Assembly: GCA_017440935.1 (NCBI GenBank)
Contig: JAFSAO010000020.1
Coordinates: 13,955-77,954, forward strand
Length of the DNA: 64,000 nucleotides
Reading direction: 5' to 3'
Origin: Opitutales bacterium
GTDB taxonomy: Bacteria; Verrucomicrobiota; Verrucomicrobiia; Opitutales; UBA953
Position 1 is the stretch's first letter, and each line of letters starts with the position of its first letter. The position numbers and the translations under genes were made by a program. The notes under the pieces are model-generated. The model ran no database searches. It worked only from the letters and a program-made list of their open reading frames with translations, and had not been told where the DNA came from. This document shows, piece after piece, positions 1 through 10,400 of the stretch.

Positions 1-49
1 GGCTTTTTTTTTGAAATGCTGTCCGTTCCCTCAGGAACGGGAATTTACT

Positions 50-979
50 TTAGTTCTCCGCCTTTTTCCCGGCGGCACGCAGTTGCCATGAGTTCCACAG
101 ATTGTGGCACACGACGTAAAACGTGGGTCCGAGTGCGACGATCGGGTTGAAAAACGCAAGCCCGACCCAGAGCATGAGCATCGTGTTTTTCTGCCCGACG
201 GATTGAGAGCATTCCCGCCGGAAATGCGGTTCTCCGAGCTGATAGCCTGCCGCAAAATTCACGGCGCAGAGAATCGCCGAAAGAGCAAAAATTTCCGCCA
301 AAATCATCAGCGAAAGGTTTTCCTGCCGAACAATGTAGGCAGCACTTTGCGCGCAAACCGTGAACAGCATTACCATCCACAGATAAAACGAGAGAAATTT
401 CCAACGGCGGATAAATTGTGCGGCGGCGGGAACGAAATTTCGGAAAAGCACGGAGAGGACAAACGGAATTCCGATAAGAAGAATCGTTTTCCACGCCAGT
501 GCAAATGTATCGATTTGTATCGCGTTTCCAATGACAAGTGCGACGAGAGGAGCCAGCGCAAACGCCGTGAAAAGGTTTGTAGAAACCACACTCACGGTCA
601 CGTAATCTTCCCGCCGACCGAGCAGATGTGTGATGACGGGAGCGGCGTTTGCCGTCGGTGTCATTCCGATGAGAAATGCCATGATGGCGAAGTTTTCGTC
701 TCCGGTCAGTTTTTTTACGAGAAAATAAGCGCCCGTGGCGAGCGCGACCATGAAAACGGGAATGCGGACGTGACTCCATCCCGTGCTTTTTTTGCTGAAA
801 TTTACGTCGATGAACGAAAAAAGCAGCATCACCATAATCATCAGCGGCACAAAGTTGCCCGCGTAGTTGTCGAAAAACGTGCCGGATGCCCGCCACAGCA
901 CGGGAACGCTTCCGCCGAGGATCATCGCCGAAACGAGGCAGAGCATACGCCGTATGCCGGGGTTGATATGAATTTTCAT
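50..979 (-). CDS. Bile acid:sodium symporter (BASS/SBF)-like membrane transporter
   Basis: About 10 hydrophobic helices; motifs PTANAAPVIT and SQSVGQKNT are typical of BASS-like carriers. Start moved to the ATG at 979 (MKIHINPG) because the longer ORF overlaps the divergent gene. Confidence 0.7.
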   Translation of the reverse strand: MKIHINPGIRRMLCLVSAMILGGSVPVLWRASGTFFDNYAGNFVPLMIMVMLLFSFIDVNFSKKSTGWSHVRIPVFMVALATGAYFLVKKLTGDENFAIMAFLIGMTPTANAAPVITHLLGRREDYVTVSVVSTNLFTAFALAPLVALVIGNAIQIDTFALAWKTILLIGIPFVLSVLFRNFVPAAAQFIRRWKFLSFYLWMVMLFTVCAQSAAYIVRQENLSLMILAEIFALSAILCAVNFAAGYQLGEPHFRRECSQSVGQKNTMLMLWVGLAFFNPIVALGPTFYVVCHNLWNSWQLRAAGKKAEN

Positions 980-1136
980 CGTTCCCGCAGAGTATACCGA
1001 TTCGGTTCCGGAATCAATGAGCAAGCCGCGTTCCCGTGCTCGGCGAATACGGATTTTCGTCGTGCTTCGGGTATCTTTCCCCTTTTCGCGGAAACGAAAA
1101 GCGGATAAAGTTTTGCTCAAAAATTTTTTTCCGACG

Positions 1137-4082
1137 ATGACGCAAAAAACGATGAGCGAAAAAAATCTTTGGCAGCGGCTTCCGGTGCGCTGGCGCGTGA
1201 TTTTCCTGTTTTTGGCACTGGTGGGTGCTTCTTACGGCGTGCGGCATTGGTTCCCGATGATGCCGGAGCTACGCGACGGGCAAGCCTGCGTCGAAGTTGA
1301 CGAGCTTAGCGTCGAATCCGTTTGGGAAACGCCGGAAGATTTGCGCGATGCCGCGGTAAAGGCGGGAAAAACCTTGCCCGAAATTTCTCAAAAAACGGCG
1401 AGGCTGAACGGTTTTTACGTTTCAAAACTTTTGCCGACCGGGCAAAAAATCAAAATCGCGTATTCGGAATTTTCTCCGGAAAACGTGAAGATGCCTGTGC
1501 CTCCTTCCGTTCCCGCGTCCACTTCGGCGGAAAACAAATCCGCTTTGGAAGCGGCGAAAGAAAACGGACGGGAACTTTACGATTCTTCCAAGCGCGCGGT
1601 AATCGAAGCGTGGAAGAATTGGCGTGACGGCGAAGCGGAACGCGTTCCCGTGCTTTTGTTGCACGGAGCAGCAAGAGACGGGGCTTCGCTCGACGAGCTG
1701 GCACGGGAAATCGTCCGCACGGGAACGGCAACGCGCGTCATCGTGCCGGATTTGCCCGGCGCGGGAGCGTCTCAGCGTGAAGTTGCGGATTATTCCATTC
1801 AGGCGGCGGCGGGCGAAATGTTTGAACTTTTAAATGCGCTCGGCATCGAGAAAGTGAACGTGCTCGGATTCGGGCAGGGCGGCGGTGCGGCGATTTACAT
1901 GGCACATCTGGCGCCGGAACGAGTGAAGTCTCTCGCCTTGGTTTCGTCGACGGGAGCGCAGGAATTTGAACTGCTCGGAAATCACATCGTCAACAAAATC
2001 GTCTACACGTTTCATCTCGGATTTTTCAAACTTGCTCAAGACGTGTTGCCGCATTTCGGATTGATGGACGCGGGCAACGTCAACAAAGCGTTTGCGCGAA
2101 TGTTGTGGGATTCCGACATGAGCGATTTGAAGCAATTTCTGCGCGATTGGCAGGGACCGCTTTTTCTTGCACACGGGAACGACGACATTGTTACGCCCGC
2201 CGTTGCCGCTGAGTATTCGGCGAAACTTGCTCCGCAAGCGCAAACACACTTCGTTCCGGGCGGGCATCATGTTTTTCTCGAAAATCCGGTTGCGTTGGCG
2301 GACTCCTACGCGGCGTTTCTCGGGCGCGTTGCCGTTCCCGCCGAAGCGAAAAAACTTTCGCGTGCTGCTCCCGTTCCCGTCGCGGAAGCGTTCCCGCCGA
2401 TTGAGGCGGCGCACGGCGTGCGTGTGCTCGTGCTCATGCTCGTGATTTTGGTGTGCACGTTTGTCGCGGAAGATCCGACTTGCCTCGCCTCGGGTTTGCT
2501 TGTTGCGCAAGGACTGATCGAATTTATCCCGGCGACGATTGCGTGCCTTGTCGGGATTTTTATCGGCGACAGCGTGCTTTACCTCATCGGGCGTTTTCTC
2601 GGGCGTCCGGTTTTGCGCAAGGCTCCGTTCAAATGGATTATTTCCGAGCAGGAAGTGGATCGTATGTCGGATTGGTTTGATAAAAATCCGAAAGGTTTTG
2701 CACTGATTGTTTCATCGCGCTTTATCCCGGGATCGCGCGTGCCGACGTTTGTCGCCGCCGGCATCATGAAGCTGAATATGGTGAAGCTCATTATGCTGTT
2801 TTTCATTGCCGCCGCCGTGTGGACGCCGCCGCTGATTTTGCTTGCGGAAAAAGTCGGTGCGGGCGTTATCGACAAATTTAAGGAATGGCACCACAACGCG
2901 GCGTGGATTGTCATTGGTGCGATTCTCGGATTGTGGTTGCTTACGCACTACGTCATTCCCGCGTTTACCTGGCGCGGTCGCCGCCGCCATGTGATGATGC
3001 GCCGCCGCTGGACGCGGCACGAATTTTGGCCGCATTTTATTTTGGCGATTCCGCCGATGCTAAATTACCTGTGGCAGTCGGTGATTCACCGTTCGTTTAC
3101 GCTGTTTACGCTGGCGAATCGCGGGCTCGGCGCGGACGGCGGTTTGCCTTCCGGCTCGAAGTTTGAGCATTACACGAAATTTTTGTCGGACAAAACGAAC
3201 CCGGCGGGTGCGGCAGTTTCCGTCAAAACCGCGCTCGTTTCCGTAAACGAAAATCTCGACGCGCGCACGGAAGACGTGCTCGCTCTGATGCGCGAGAACG
3301 AAATTGCGTTCCCGTGCGTGATGAAGCCGGAAATCGGAGACGGCGGTGTAGGTGTGTGCATCGTGCGTTCCCGCGAGCATTTGCGCAACTGGCTCGAAGT
3401 GAATCCGGACTCGGCGATGGTTCAGGAATTTGTCGGCGGGAACGAATATGAAGTTGTTTGGTCGCGTCGTCCGGGGCGCCCGGACGGTCGTATTCAAACC
3501 GTTGTGGAAAAAGATTTCGTCGTCGTAAAAGGCGACGGTGAACGCAAACTCGAAGATTTGATTTGGGCGGACGATAAGGGCGTTTCCAACGGGAAACTTT
3601 TCTCGAAACTCAATTTCCGCGAAGCCAATCGCGTGCTTGAAGCGGGAGAAACTTACGCCCTCGCGCCGATCGGTTCCCGCATCAAAGGCGCAAACTTCAT
3701 CTCGCGTCCGGAACTGCGCGCGGGAGCGCTCGCCGACGTGATCGACTGCCTCGCCGACGCTTGCGGTGACGTTCATTATCTCGTGCTCGACGTTCGCGCG
3801 GAAAATGACGCGGCCCTTGCCGACGGCAAAAACATCCGCATCACCGGAGTCAAGGGCGCGGGAGCGACGGCGGGAACGATTTTTGACGGCTATGTTCGCA
3901 TGGGCATGGCGTATTCCCGCGCGTTCCGTCAGATGAATTACTGCTTCGGAATCGGGGCGGAGGTTCGCGACGAGCAGGGCGTAAAGCCTGCGATTTCCGC
4001 GTTTCGTCTTTTCGAAATGTGGGGCACCGCGCGCGGTCGTTCCGACAATTATGTAAAAATTCCCCACGACGAGGATTCCTAG
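1137..4082 (+). CDS. Fusion of alpha/beta-hydrolase-fold domain, DedA (SNARE-associated/VTT) membrane domain and ATP-grasp-like domain
   Basis: Hydrolase fold: LLHG, PDLPGAGAS, GFGQGG elbow, HGNDD, GGHH. DedA: AEDPTC, GDSVLYLIGR, SRFIPGSR. ATP-grasp: FPCVMKPEIGDGGVGV, VQEFV. The start is 1137 or 1152. Confidence 0.8.
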   Translation: MTQKTMSEKNLWQRLPVRWRVIFLFLALVGASYGVRHWFPMMPELRDGQACVEVDELSVESVWETPEDLRDAAVKAGKTLPEISQKTARLNGFYVSKLLPTGQKIKIAYSEFSPENVKMPVPPSVPASTSAENKSALEAAKENGRELYDSSKRAVIEAWKNWRDGEAERVPVLLLHGAARDGASLDELAREIVRTGTATRVIVPDLPGAGASQREVADYSIQAAAGEMFELLNALGIEKVNVLGFGQGGGAAIYMAHLAPERVKSLALVSSTGAQEFELLGNHIVNKIVYTFHLGFFKLAQDVLPHFGLMDAGNVNKAFARMLWDSDMSDLKQFLRDWQGPLFLAHGNDDIVTPAVAAEYSAKLAPQAQTHFVPGGHHVFLENPVALADSYAAFLGRVAVPAEAKKLSRAAPVPVAEAFPPIEAAHGVRVLVLMLVILVCTFVAEDPTCLASGLLVAQGLIEFIPATIACLVGIFIGDSVLYLIGRFLGRPVLRKAPFKWIISEQEVDRMSDWFDKNPKGFALIVSSRFIPGSRVPTFVAAGIMKLNMVKLIMLFFIAAAVWTPPLILLAEKVGAGVIDKFKEWHHNAAWIVIGAILGLWLLTHYVIPAFTWRGRRRHVMMRRRWTRHEFWPHFILAIPPMLNYLWQSVIHRSFTLFTLANRGLGADGGLPSGSKFEHYTKFLSDKTNPAGAAVSVKTALVSVNENLDARTEDVLALMRENEIAFPCVMKPEIGDGGVGVCIVRSREHLRNWLEVNPDSAMVQEFVGGNEYEVVWSRRPGRPDGRIQTVVEKDFVVVKGDGERKLEDLIWADDKGVSNGKLFSKLNFREANRVLEAGETYALAPIGSRIKGANFISRPELRAGALADVIDCLADACGDVHYLVLDVRAENDAALADGKNIRITGVKGAGATAGTIFDGYVRMGMAYSRAFRQMNYCFGIGAEVRDEQGVKPAISAFRLFEMWGTARGRSDNYVKIPHDEDS

Positions 4083-4088
4083 TTTATT

Positions 4089-5768
4089 ATGAAAATAAAG
4101 ATCTTACTTCTTGTCTCGCTCTCTCTTTCTCTTTTGCCCGTAAGCTCTCAGGCTGTTTTTTCTGCTTGGGTCGTAACGGAAAGCGTTGAGCCGAGAGAGG
4201 TGCCGGAAACCGTGAAGGATCGGTTGCTTTGGCTGAAGTTAAGAGAAGCAATCGACACACGAAATTTTGATGAACTTGAGACTATCATTAAGCAAAATCC
4301 GCAAGTATTGACGCGTGAAAATGCGAAATATGCGGCAACTTACGGAAATCCGGATAGCGTTCAGGTCTTTGTTGAGCTCGCACAAAACGCGGGCATGGCG
4401 AGGGTTTGCGACGTTATGCCGATCGCTGCTATTTCTTCTCCGCGGGCGGAGGAAATACTGGCTCGTTTATCCGATTGCGGGATTAATGTCGGAACGACGG
4501 AGGTTGCTCGGACATTTGCATATAATCAGGCTTTGGGAATGCGCGTCTCCAACGATGACACACCGGATCCGCTGGATTGGAAGGTCGTTACGCCGGATTC
4601 GAAGGGCGGGTTGCGTCCGCGAGCAAGCGTGTGGCGAATGAGTGTTTTGGAGACGTTAGTGCGCCACGGCTTGAACGTTAATACGAAGGAATATGAAAAC
4701 GGGGTGGAATTTTATCCTGTAATTTTGGATGTTTGGAATAATCCGACATATTTTGATCGCGTGGCATTTTTTAAAACAGGCGTAGATCCGAATGCGTTCG
4801 TTCGCATAGATATTCCGCTTGCGCCCGAGAATATTTTCGACCGGAGATCATTATTGGGAACTGCGGTGGAACAGGACGATCTTCCGCTTGTGCGTCTTTT
4901 GATCGAAGGCGGGGCAGATGTGAACGCGCTTGTTCTCGGTCGTCCAATTCCCGTGTCCGATGTTCCGACTGCCGAATCCTATCACTTCTGGGAGACGCCG
5001 TTAGATAGGGCACTTCTCCGAGGGAACGGGGAAATCGCCCGATATTTAATTAGGCACGGCGCAAAACTTTCCCAAAAAATCGAAGGGCAGGTGCGGGTTT
5101 TACAAAAACGCAAAAAAGCAGAGCTCGAGAGTCTGAAAAAGACCGGAATGCCTTTGAGCAACGCTGCACGGAACAGAGTCGCGAAACTCGATAATATTCT
5201 GAATTTGTATCGCGAGTTGGGAGTTCCCGTTTTTGAGAACGTGGAACCGAAGGGTCCGAATGATCAGATGAAAATTCTGCTTCTCGTTAACGATATTCCC
5301 AAGGCAATAAGACTTTGGGAAACGGAAAAGGAGAATCCCGGCATACTTATAAAAACGGTGGCATCCTATCTTGAAAAAAATGCTTCGCCGGAATTGATAT
5401 CCGCCGTATTGAAACGCGTTCCCTCTGATAATAAACTGATAGTGAAAGCTTTTTTTTCGCAAATTCAAAAAGGGAATTTAAGCGGAGTAAGAGCATTCGT
5501 CGAAAACGGAGTAAGCGTGAACGCAACGGATTGGACGAACGCGTCTGCCCTTTTTTCCGCCGTAATGAATCGAAAAATCGAAATCGTGAAATATCTCGTT
5601 GAAAACGGCGCGGACATTCATTCTAAAACTTATCCGGGATACACGCCGTTTTCTTATGCAGAAGGTTTGCGGAGATCGGGCGTGGCAGAAATTTCGAATT
5701 ATTTGCGAGAGGCAGACGCTTCGCGTGAACGCGAAGAAAAGGCAAAAGGAAAGGAACTTGGAAAATGA
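4089..5768 (+). CDS. Secreted ankyrin-repeat protein
   Basis: N-terminal signal peptide; ankyrin repeats such as SLLGTAVEQDDLPLVRLLIEGGADVNA, TPLDRALLRGNGEIARYLIRHGA and SALFSAVMNRKIEIVKYLVENGADIH. Confidence 0.85.
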   Translation: MKIKILLLVSLSLSLLPVSSQAVFSAWVVTESVEPREVPETVKDRLLWLKLREAIDTRNFDELETIIKQNPQVLTRENAKYAATYGNPDSVQVFVELAQNAGMARVCDVMPIAAISSPRAEEILARLSDCGINVGTTEVARTFAYNQALGMRVSNDDTPDPLDWKVVTPDSKGGLRPRASVWRMSVLETLVRHGLNVNTKEYENGVEFYPVILDVWNNPTYFDRVAFFKTGVDPNAFVRIDIPLAPENIFDRRSLLGTAVEQDDLPLVRLLIEGGADVNALVLGRPIPVSDVPTAESYHFWETPLDRALLRGNGEIARYLIRHGAKLSQKIEGQVRVLQKRKKAELESLKKTGMPLSNAARNRVAKLDNILNLYRELGVPVFENVEPKGPNDQMKILLLVNDIPKAIRLWETEKENPGILIKTVASYLEKNASPELISAVLKRVPSDNKLIVKAFFSQIQKGNLSGVRAFVENGVSVNATDWTNASALFSAVMNRKIEIVKYLVENGADIHSKTYPGYTPFSYAEGLRRSGVAEISNYLREADASREREEKAKGKELGK

Positions 5769-7429
5769 CGATCTCAAAATACGGAATTTCTTTCGGATCA
5801 GTTCTTGGCGTATTCGTCGTAGCCGGATGTTTTTCCGAGGTTCGGGAATTTGAAAACGTTCCCGCGGTGGAGCTCTCCAGAACTTATTCTATTGAAAAAA
5901 CACGAGCGAAACACGGCAATCGGGACTCGGAAAAGCGTGCAGCGCGTTTGGAAAAAGCGCTCCTGATGTGTTCCGCCGACGAAAAAAATACGCCAGACAT
6001 TGACGGGCGAACGCCTGCGCATTTCTTCGCGGGAGCGACAGACAAAGATTTTCTTGAAAAATGGATTGCATCCGGCGGGCGTGTCGATTTGCGCGATTTT
6101 TGCAATGCAGCACCGCTTTCTGCTGCGGTCGCAGAAAGAAACATGTCGCTGGTCCGCGAGTTGTTTCTTGCGATAAGGACGGATTCTGTGGCGGTCGGGC
6201 ATGCAATGTTTACGGCGATTTCCCATTGTTGCTATGATGAGCTTCGCCTGATGTTATCTTTGGGCGCAGATCCGAACACGCGTATTGTCGGAACGGCGTT
6301 TGTCGGAAAATCGGATCCGGCTTTGTTTTACGCATTGGAGCAAAAAGATGCGACTGCCGTAAAAATACTTTTGGAAGCCGGTGCAAATCCGAATGCCAGA
6401 GGTGTTTTTATAAAAGACAGCCCAGACGGATTAAGCGCACTTTGTGTCGGGCTAGAACAAAGTCCGGAAGTCGTTGAGGCACTGTTGAAGGCGGGAGCAA
6501 ATCCGAATGAAATGCTTCGAGAAAAGGATGGTGCGCAACGTCCGATTCTCTTCCGCTCGTTCGGAAGTCTATCACGATCATTTGCCGGAGAGGACGCATC
6601 TTTTAGAAATACGCAACTGTTGGTTGAATACGGAGCAAAAATTGATGCGGAGCGAACGTTCCCGAGCGAACAAACTCATTCGGCGGCATCGTCTTTGTGG
6701 TTGACGCCGTTGGACGAAGCGATACTTCAGGGAAACGTTCCCGTCATAAAATATTTGCTCGAGTGCGGAGCAAAATTTTCTCCGAATGTTGGTGCTCAGT
6801 TGCTCCACATTCAAAATTTGCTGAAACGCAATAAGGGTGAAAATCCGGTATCCATTTACGATGTTCCTGTTTTTTATAAGGAAACGGTCGCCTATTTGAA
6901 GGCAATGGGGGTAGAATCGAAACCGTTGCCGATTTCGGCTTTCGATAAAATCAAGAATACTCTTTATCGGGAGCGCAGGAAGCCGGAGCGCGTTCGCGAG
7001 TTGCTCGCCTCGCCCGAAATAGCAGAACGGGAGCGTTGCGAATTAGCGAGTTTCGTTCTTTCACGGGCAGATTTTCGGGATACCGAAGTTTTCAAAATTT
7101 GTTATGCCTGCGGCGGGCGTGTCCCCGATGAAAGACTCTCCCGTATTATTGAAGACGATGATGCGGAATTGGCAGAAGTGATTGCCTCCGCAATCGGGGC
7201 ATCCGGAATCAATGCGCTCGATGCAGACGGAGTAACTCCGCTGTTTCTTTCTGTTGCTTTTGGTAGTCTGAATGTTTTTCGCGTGTTTTTAAAATACGGT
7301 GGAGATGTCAACGGCCCCGGTTACGAAGGATATTCGATATTGCACGCGGCGGAATGCGGTTTTGCCGCCTTTCCGAACTCTGAGAGAGAAGAAATATTGC
7401 AAATCGTGAAAGCACATACTGTAAAATAA
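5765..7429 (+). CDS. Ankyrin-repeat lipoprotein
   Basis: Lipobox VVAG-C; repeats GRTPAHF, ALFYALEQKDATAVKILLEAGANPNA, TPLDEAILQGNVPVIKYLLECGA and TPLFLSVAFG; ATGA overlap with the upstream gene. Confidence 0.85.
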   Translation: MTISKYGISFGSVLGVFVVAGCFSEVREFENVPAVELSRTYSIEKTRAKHGNRDSEKRAARLEKALLMCSADEKNTPDIDGRTPAHFFAGATDKDFLEKWIASGGRVDLRDFCNAAPLSAAVAERNMSLVRELFLAIRTDSVAVGHAMFTAISHCCYDELRLMLSLGADPNTRIVGTAFVGKSDPALFYALEQKDATAVKILLEAGANPNARGVFIKDSPDGLSALCVGLEQSPEVVEALLKAGANPNEMLREKDGAQRPILFRSFGSLSRSFAGEDASFRNTQLLVEYGAKIDAERTFPSEQTHSAASSLWLTPLDEAILQGNVPVIKYLLECGAKFSPNVGAQLLHIQNLLKRNKGENPVSIYDVPVFYKETVAYLKAMGVESKPLPISAFDKIKNTLYRERRKPERVRELLASPEIAERERCELASFVLSRADFRDTEVFKICYACGGRVPDERLSRIIEDDDAELAEVIASAIGASGINALDADGVTPLFLSVAFGSLNVFRVFLKYGGDVNGPGYEGYSILHAAECGFAAFPNSEREEILQIVKAHTVK

Positions 7430-7488
7430 CTTTTGCGTGCGTCTTCGCTGAAGTGCTTGGAAAAACGGGAACGGAAAATTTTCGGACG

Positions 7489-10400
7489 ATGGAAAACGGG
7501 CGGGAGTGCGATTTTATTACGGGCGTGAGCGCGGCGGCGGGCGGCGCGGCGCTTGCGGAACTGTTGCGCGCGGGAACTCCGCTGACGGTCGTTGTCGGTT
7601 CCAATCTTTCCCGCTCCGAGCTCCTTGCGGAAGACAGCATTTTTTTCGCAAATTTTTTGCGAAAAAAACGCGTTGGGCACCAAGCCTCAAACCTCAAACG
7701 AGAATACCGGAACGAAAAAATTGTTCGGAACCCGATGCCTGATACCTGGAGCCCGTGCGTGCATGGGTTGCCGAGGATTTCAGACGAAGAGGGCGGCGCG
7801 GCGAGTTTTGAAAATGCGTGCGATTTACTGACTGTGCTTTCGGCGCTTCGCCGCGCGGGAACGGACAATCCGATGATTCTCGCTTCCACGCCGGAAGCGC
7901 TTTTCTGCGCCGTTCCCGCACCCGAGGCGATGGCGAGCCGCGAGCTTGAACTTGTGCGCGGTATGAAAATTTCTCTGCGGGAGGTCGCGGAAACGCTCGC
8001 TAAGGATTTTGACTACGACAACGAAGCGCTTTGCGAATCTCCCGGGCAATTTTCCGTGCGCGGTGGGCTTATCGACGTTTATCCGCTGAATGCTTCCGCT
8101 CCCGTGCGTATTGATTTTTTCGGAGACGAAATCGAAGCGTTGCGCGAGTTCGACCCCGAAACACAACGCAGTTTGAGAAAGTTGGAAAAAATCGTCGTCG
8201 CCGCGGGAACGCCTGTCGGCGATGCCTCCGCTCCGCAACGCGAGGGCGCGCTTTTTGATTATTTTCCGGCGGAGACGGAAATTGTTTTTGCCGAGCCGGA
8301 GTCGCTTGAAAACATCGGGGATTTGCTCTCCGTCGCGAAACAAAGATCGTGGCGGGTGCGCGGTTTTTCCTCGCTCGACGAAGTGCCGGAAAGTTTGTGC
8401 GGGAACACGGAACTCGGTGTTCCCGTCGCGTGGCAATGCGCAGATTTAGAGGAAATTGCCTACGGTGAAATCTCGTCGGCAATCGGCTCGGAACGGCTTG
8501 CCGAGGCGGAGGAAATTCGCCGGCGAGTGTTGGTGCAGCTCGATGTTTGGTCGCGGAAGGGAGAGCGCGTGGTTATTGTCGCCGAGAGCGAAGGCAGCGA
8601 GGAACGGTTGCGCGAAATTCTCGATGAGGAGCGACAGGCGGGAACGCTGAAAAAATCGTTTTCTCCGGAGATCGTGCGCGGGAACATCGGCGCCGGTTTT
8701 CGCATCGTTGTCGGGGAAAGTTCGTGCGTTCCGGAGGAAGTTGACGGCGCGCTTGTCGTGGCGACGGAGCGGGAACTTTTCGGGCGGAATCGCCGCCGTG
8801 TTTCGCGCGTGCGTTCCCGCCGTTTGCCGCATAAATCGCGCGTGGAGCAACTTCTCGATTTTAACGAGCTTGTCGACGGCGATATGCTCGTTCACTTGCA
8901 ACACGGCGTTTGCGTTTATCGCGGAATCCAAACCTTTGAGCGTGCGGCGGGAACGAAAGAGGAAATGCTCGCGCTCGAATTTGAAAACAAGGTGAAGCTC
9001 TATGTGCCGTTTCGCGAAGCGCATTTGCTTTCGCGCTATGTCGGCTTGCGGAAAACTTTGCCGAAGCTCGGAAAAGTCGGCGGGAACGCGTGGGAAAAGA
9101 CGCTCAAGGCGGCGGAAAAAGCCACGCTCGATTTTGCCGCCGAGTTGCTTTCGCTTCAGGCTTCGCGGCAAACCAAGCCCGGCATCGCCGCGCGTCCGGA
9201 CGAAGAATTGCCGTGGTTGCGAGAGTTTGAGCGTGCGTTCCCGTTTACCGAAACTCCCGACCAAGCCAAGGCAATTTGCGAAACGAAACTCGATATGGAA
9301 CGCGCGTCGCCGATGGATCGCCTCGTGTGCGGCGACGTCGGGTTCGGGAAAACGGAAGTCGCTATTCGTGCCGCGTTCAAAGCGGTGCTGAGCGGCTATC
9401 AGGTGGCGTTTCTTGCACCGACGACCGTGCTTGCGCAACAGCATTTTAATACGTTTCGCGACCGTTTCGCGCAGTATCCGGTTTCCGTCGAAATGCTTTC
9501 GCGTTTTCGCACTTCTTCTCAGCGCACAAAAATTCTCGCCCAGCTCGAAAGCGGTTCGCTCGACATCGTTATCGGCACGCACGCGCTGCTTTCGTCGTCC
9601 GTAAAATTTAAAAAACTCGGGTTGCTTGTCATCGACGAGGAACACCGTTTCGGTGTGAAACAAAAGGAGAAAATAAAACGTTTTCGCGAGAACGTCGATG
9701 TGTTGGCGATGAGCGCCACTCCGATCCCGCGCACGCTTTACATGGCATTGATGGGCGCGCGCGACTTGAGCGTAATTGAAACTGCGCCGCGGGAACGCCT
9801 GCCGATTCAGACCGTGGTCAAAACCTACGATCCGAAGCTCGTCAAGGAAGCGATTTTACACGAGCTCGGGCGCGGCGGTCAGGTGTTTTATCTGCATAAT
9901 CGCGTGGACACGATTTATCAGGTCGCCGAATTGCTGAAAATGCTCGTTCCCGAGGCAAAAATCGCCGTCGGGCACGGACAGATGGACGAGCGCGATTTGG
10001 AATGCGTAATGACGGATTTCGTCGCCGGGCGCTTCGACGTGCTTGTTTGCACGACGATTATTGAAACGGGGTTGGATATTCCGAACTGCAATACGATTAT
10101 CATTGAAGCGGCAGACCGTTTCGGGCTTTCGCAGCTTTACCAGCTACGCGGGCGCGTCGGGCGCTTTAATCGTCAGGCGTATGCGTATTTACTCTTACAT
10201 CGCCATCGCACGCTGATTTCTTCCGCGAAAAAACGCCTTTCTGCGCTGCGCCAATTCAACCAGCTCGGAGCCGGATTCCGCATCGCCATGCGCGACCTCG
10301 AACTTCGCGGCGCCGGAAATATTCTCGGAATGAAACAGAGCGGGCACATTGCCGGAGTCGGGTTCGAGTTGTATTGCCAGCTTCTTCGGCAAAGCATTGC

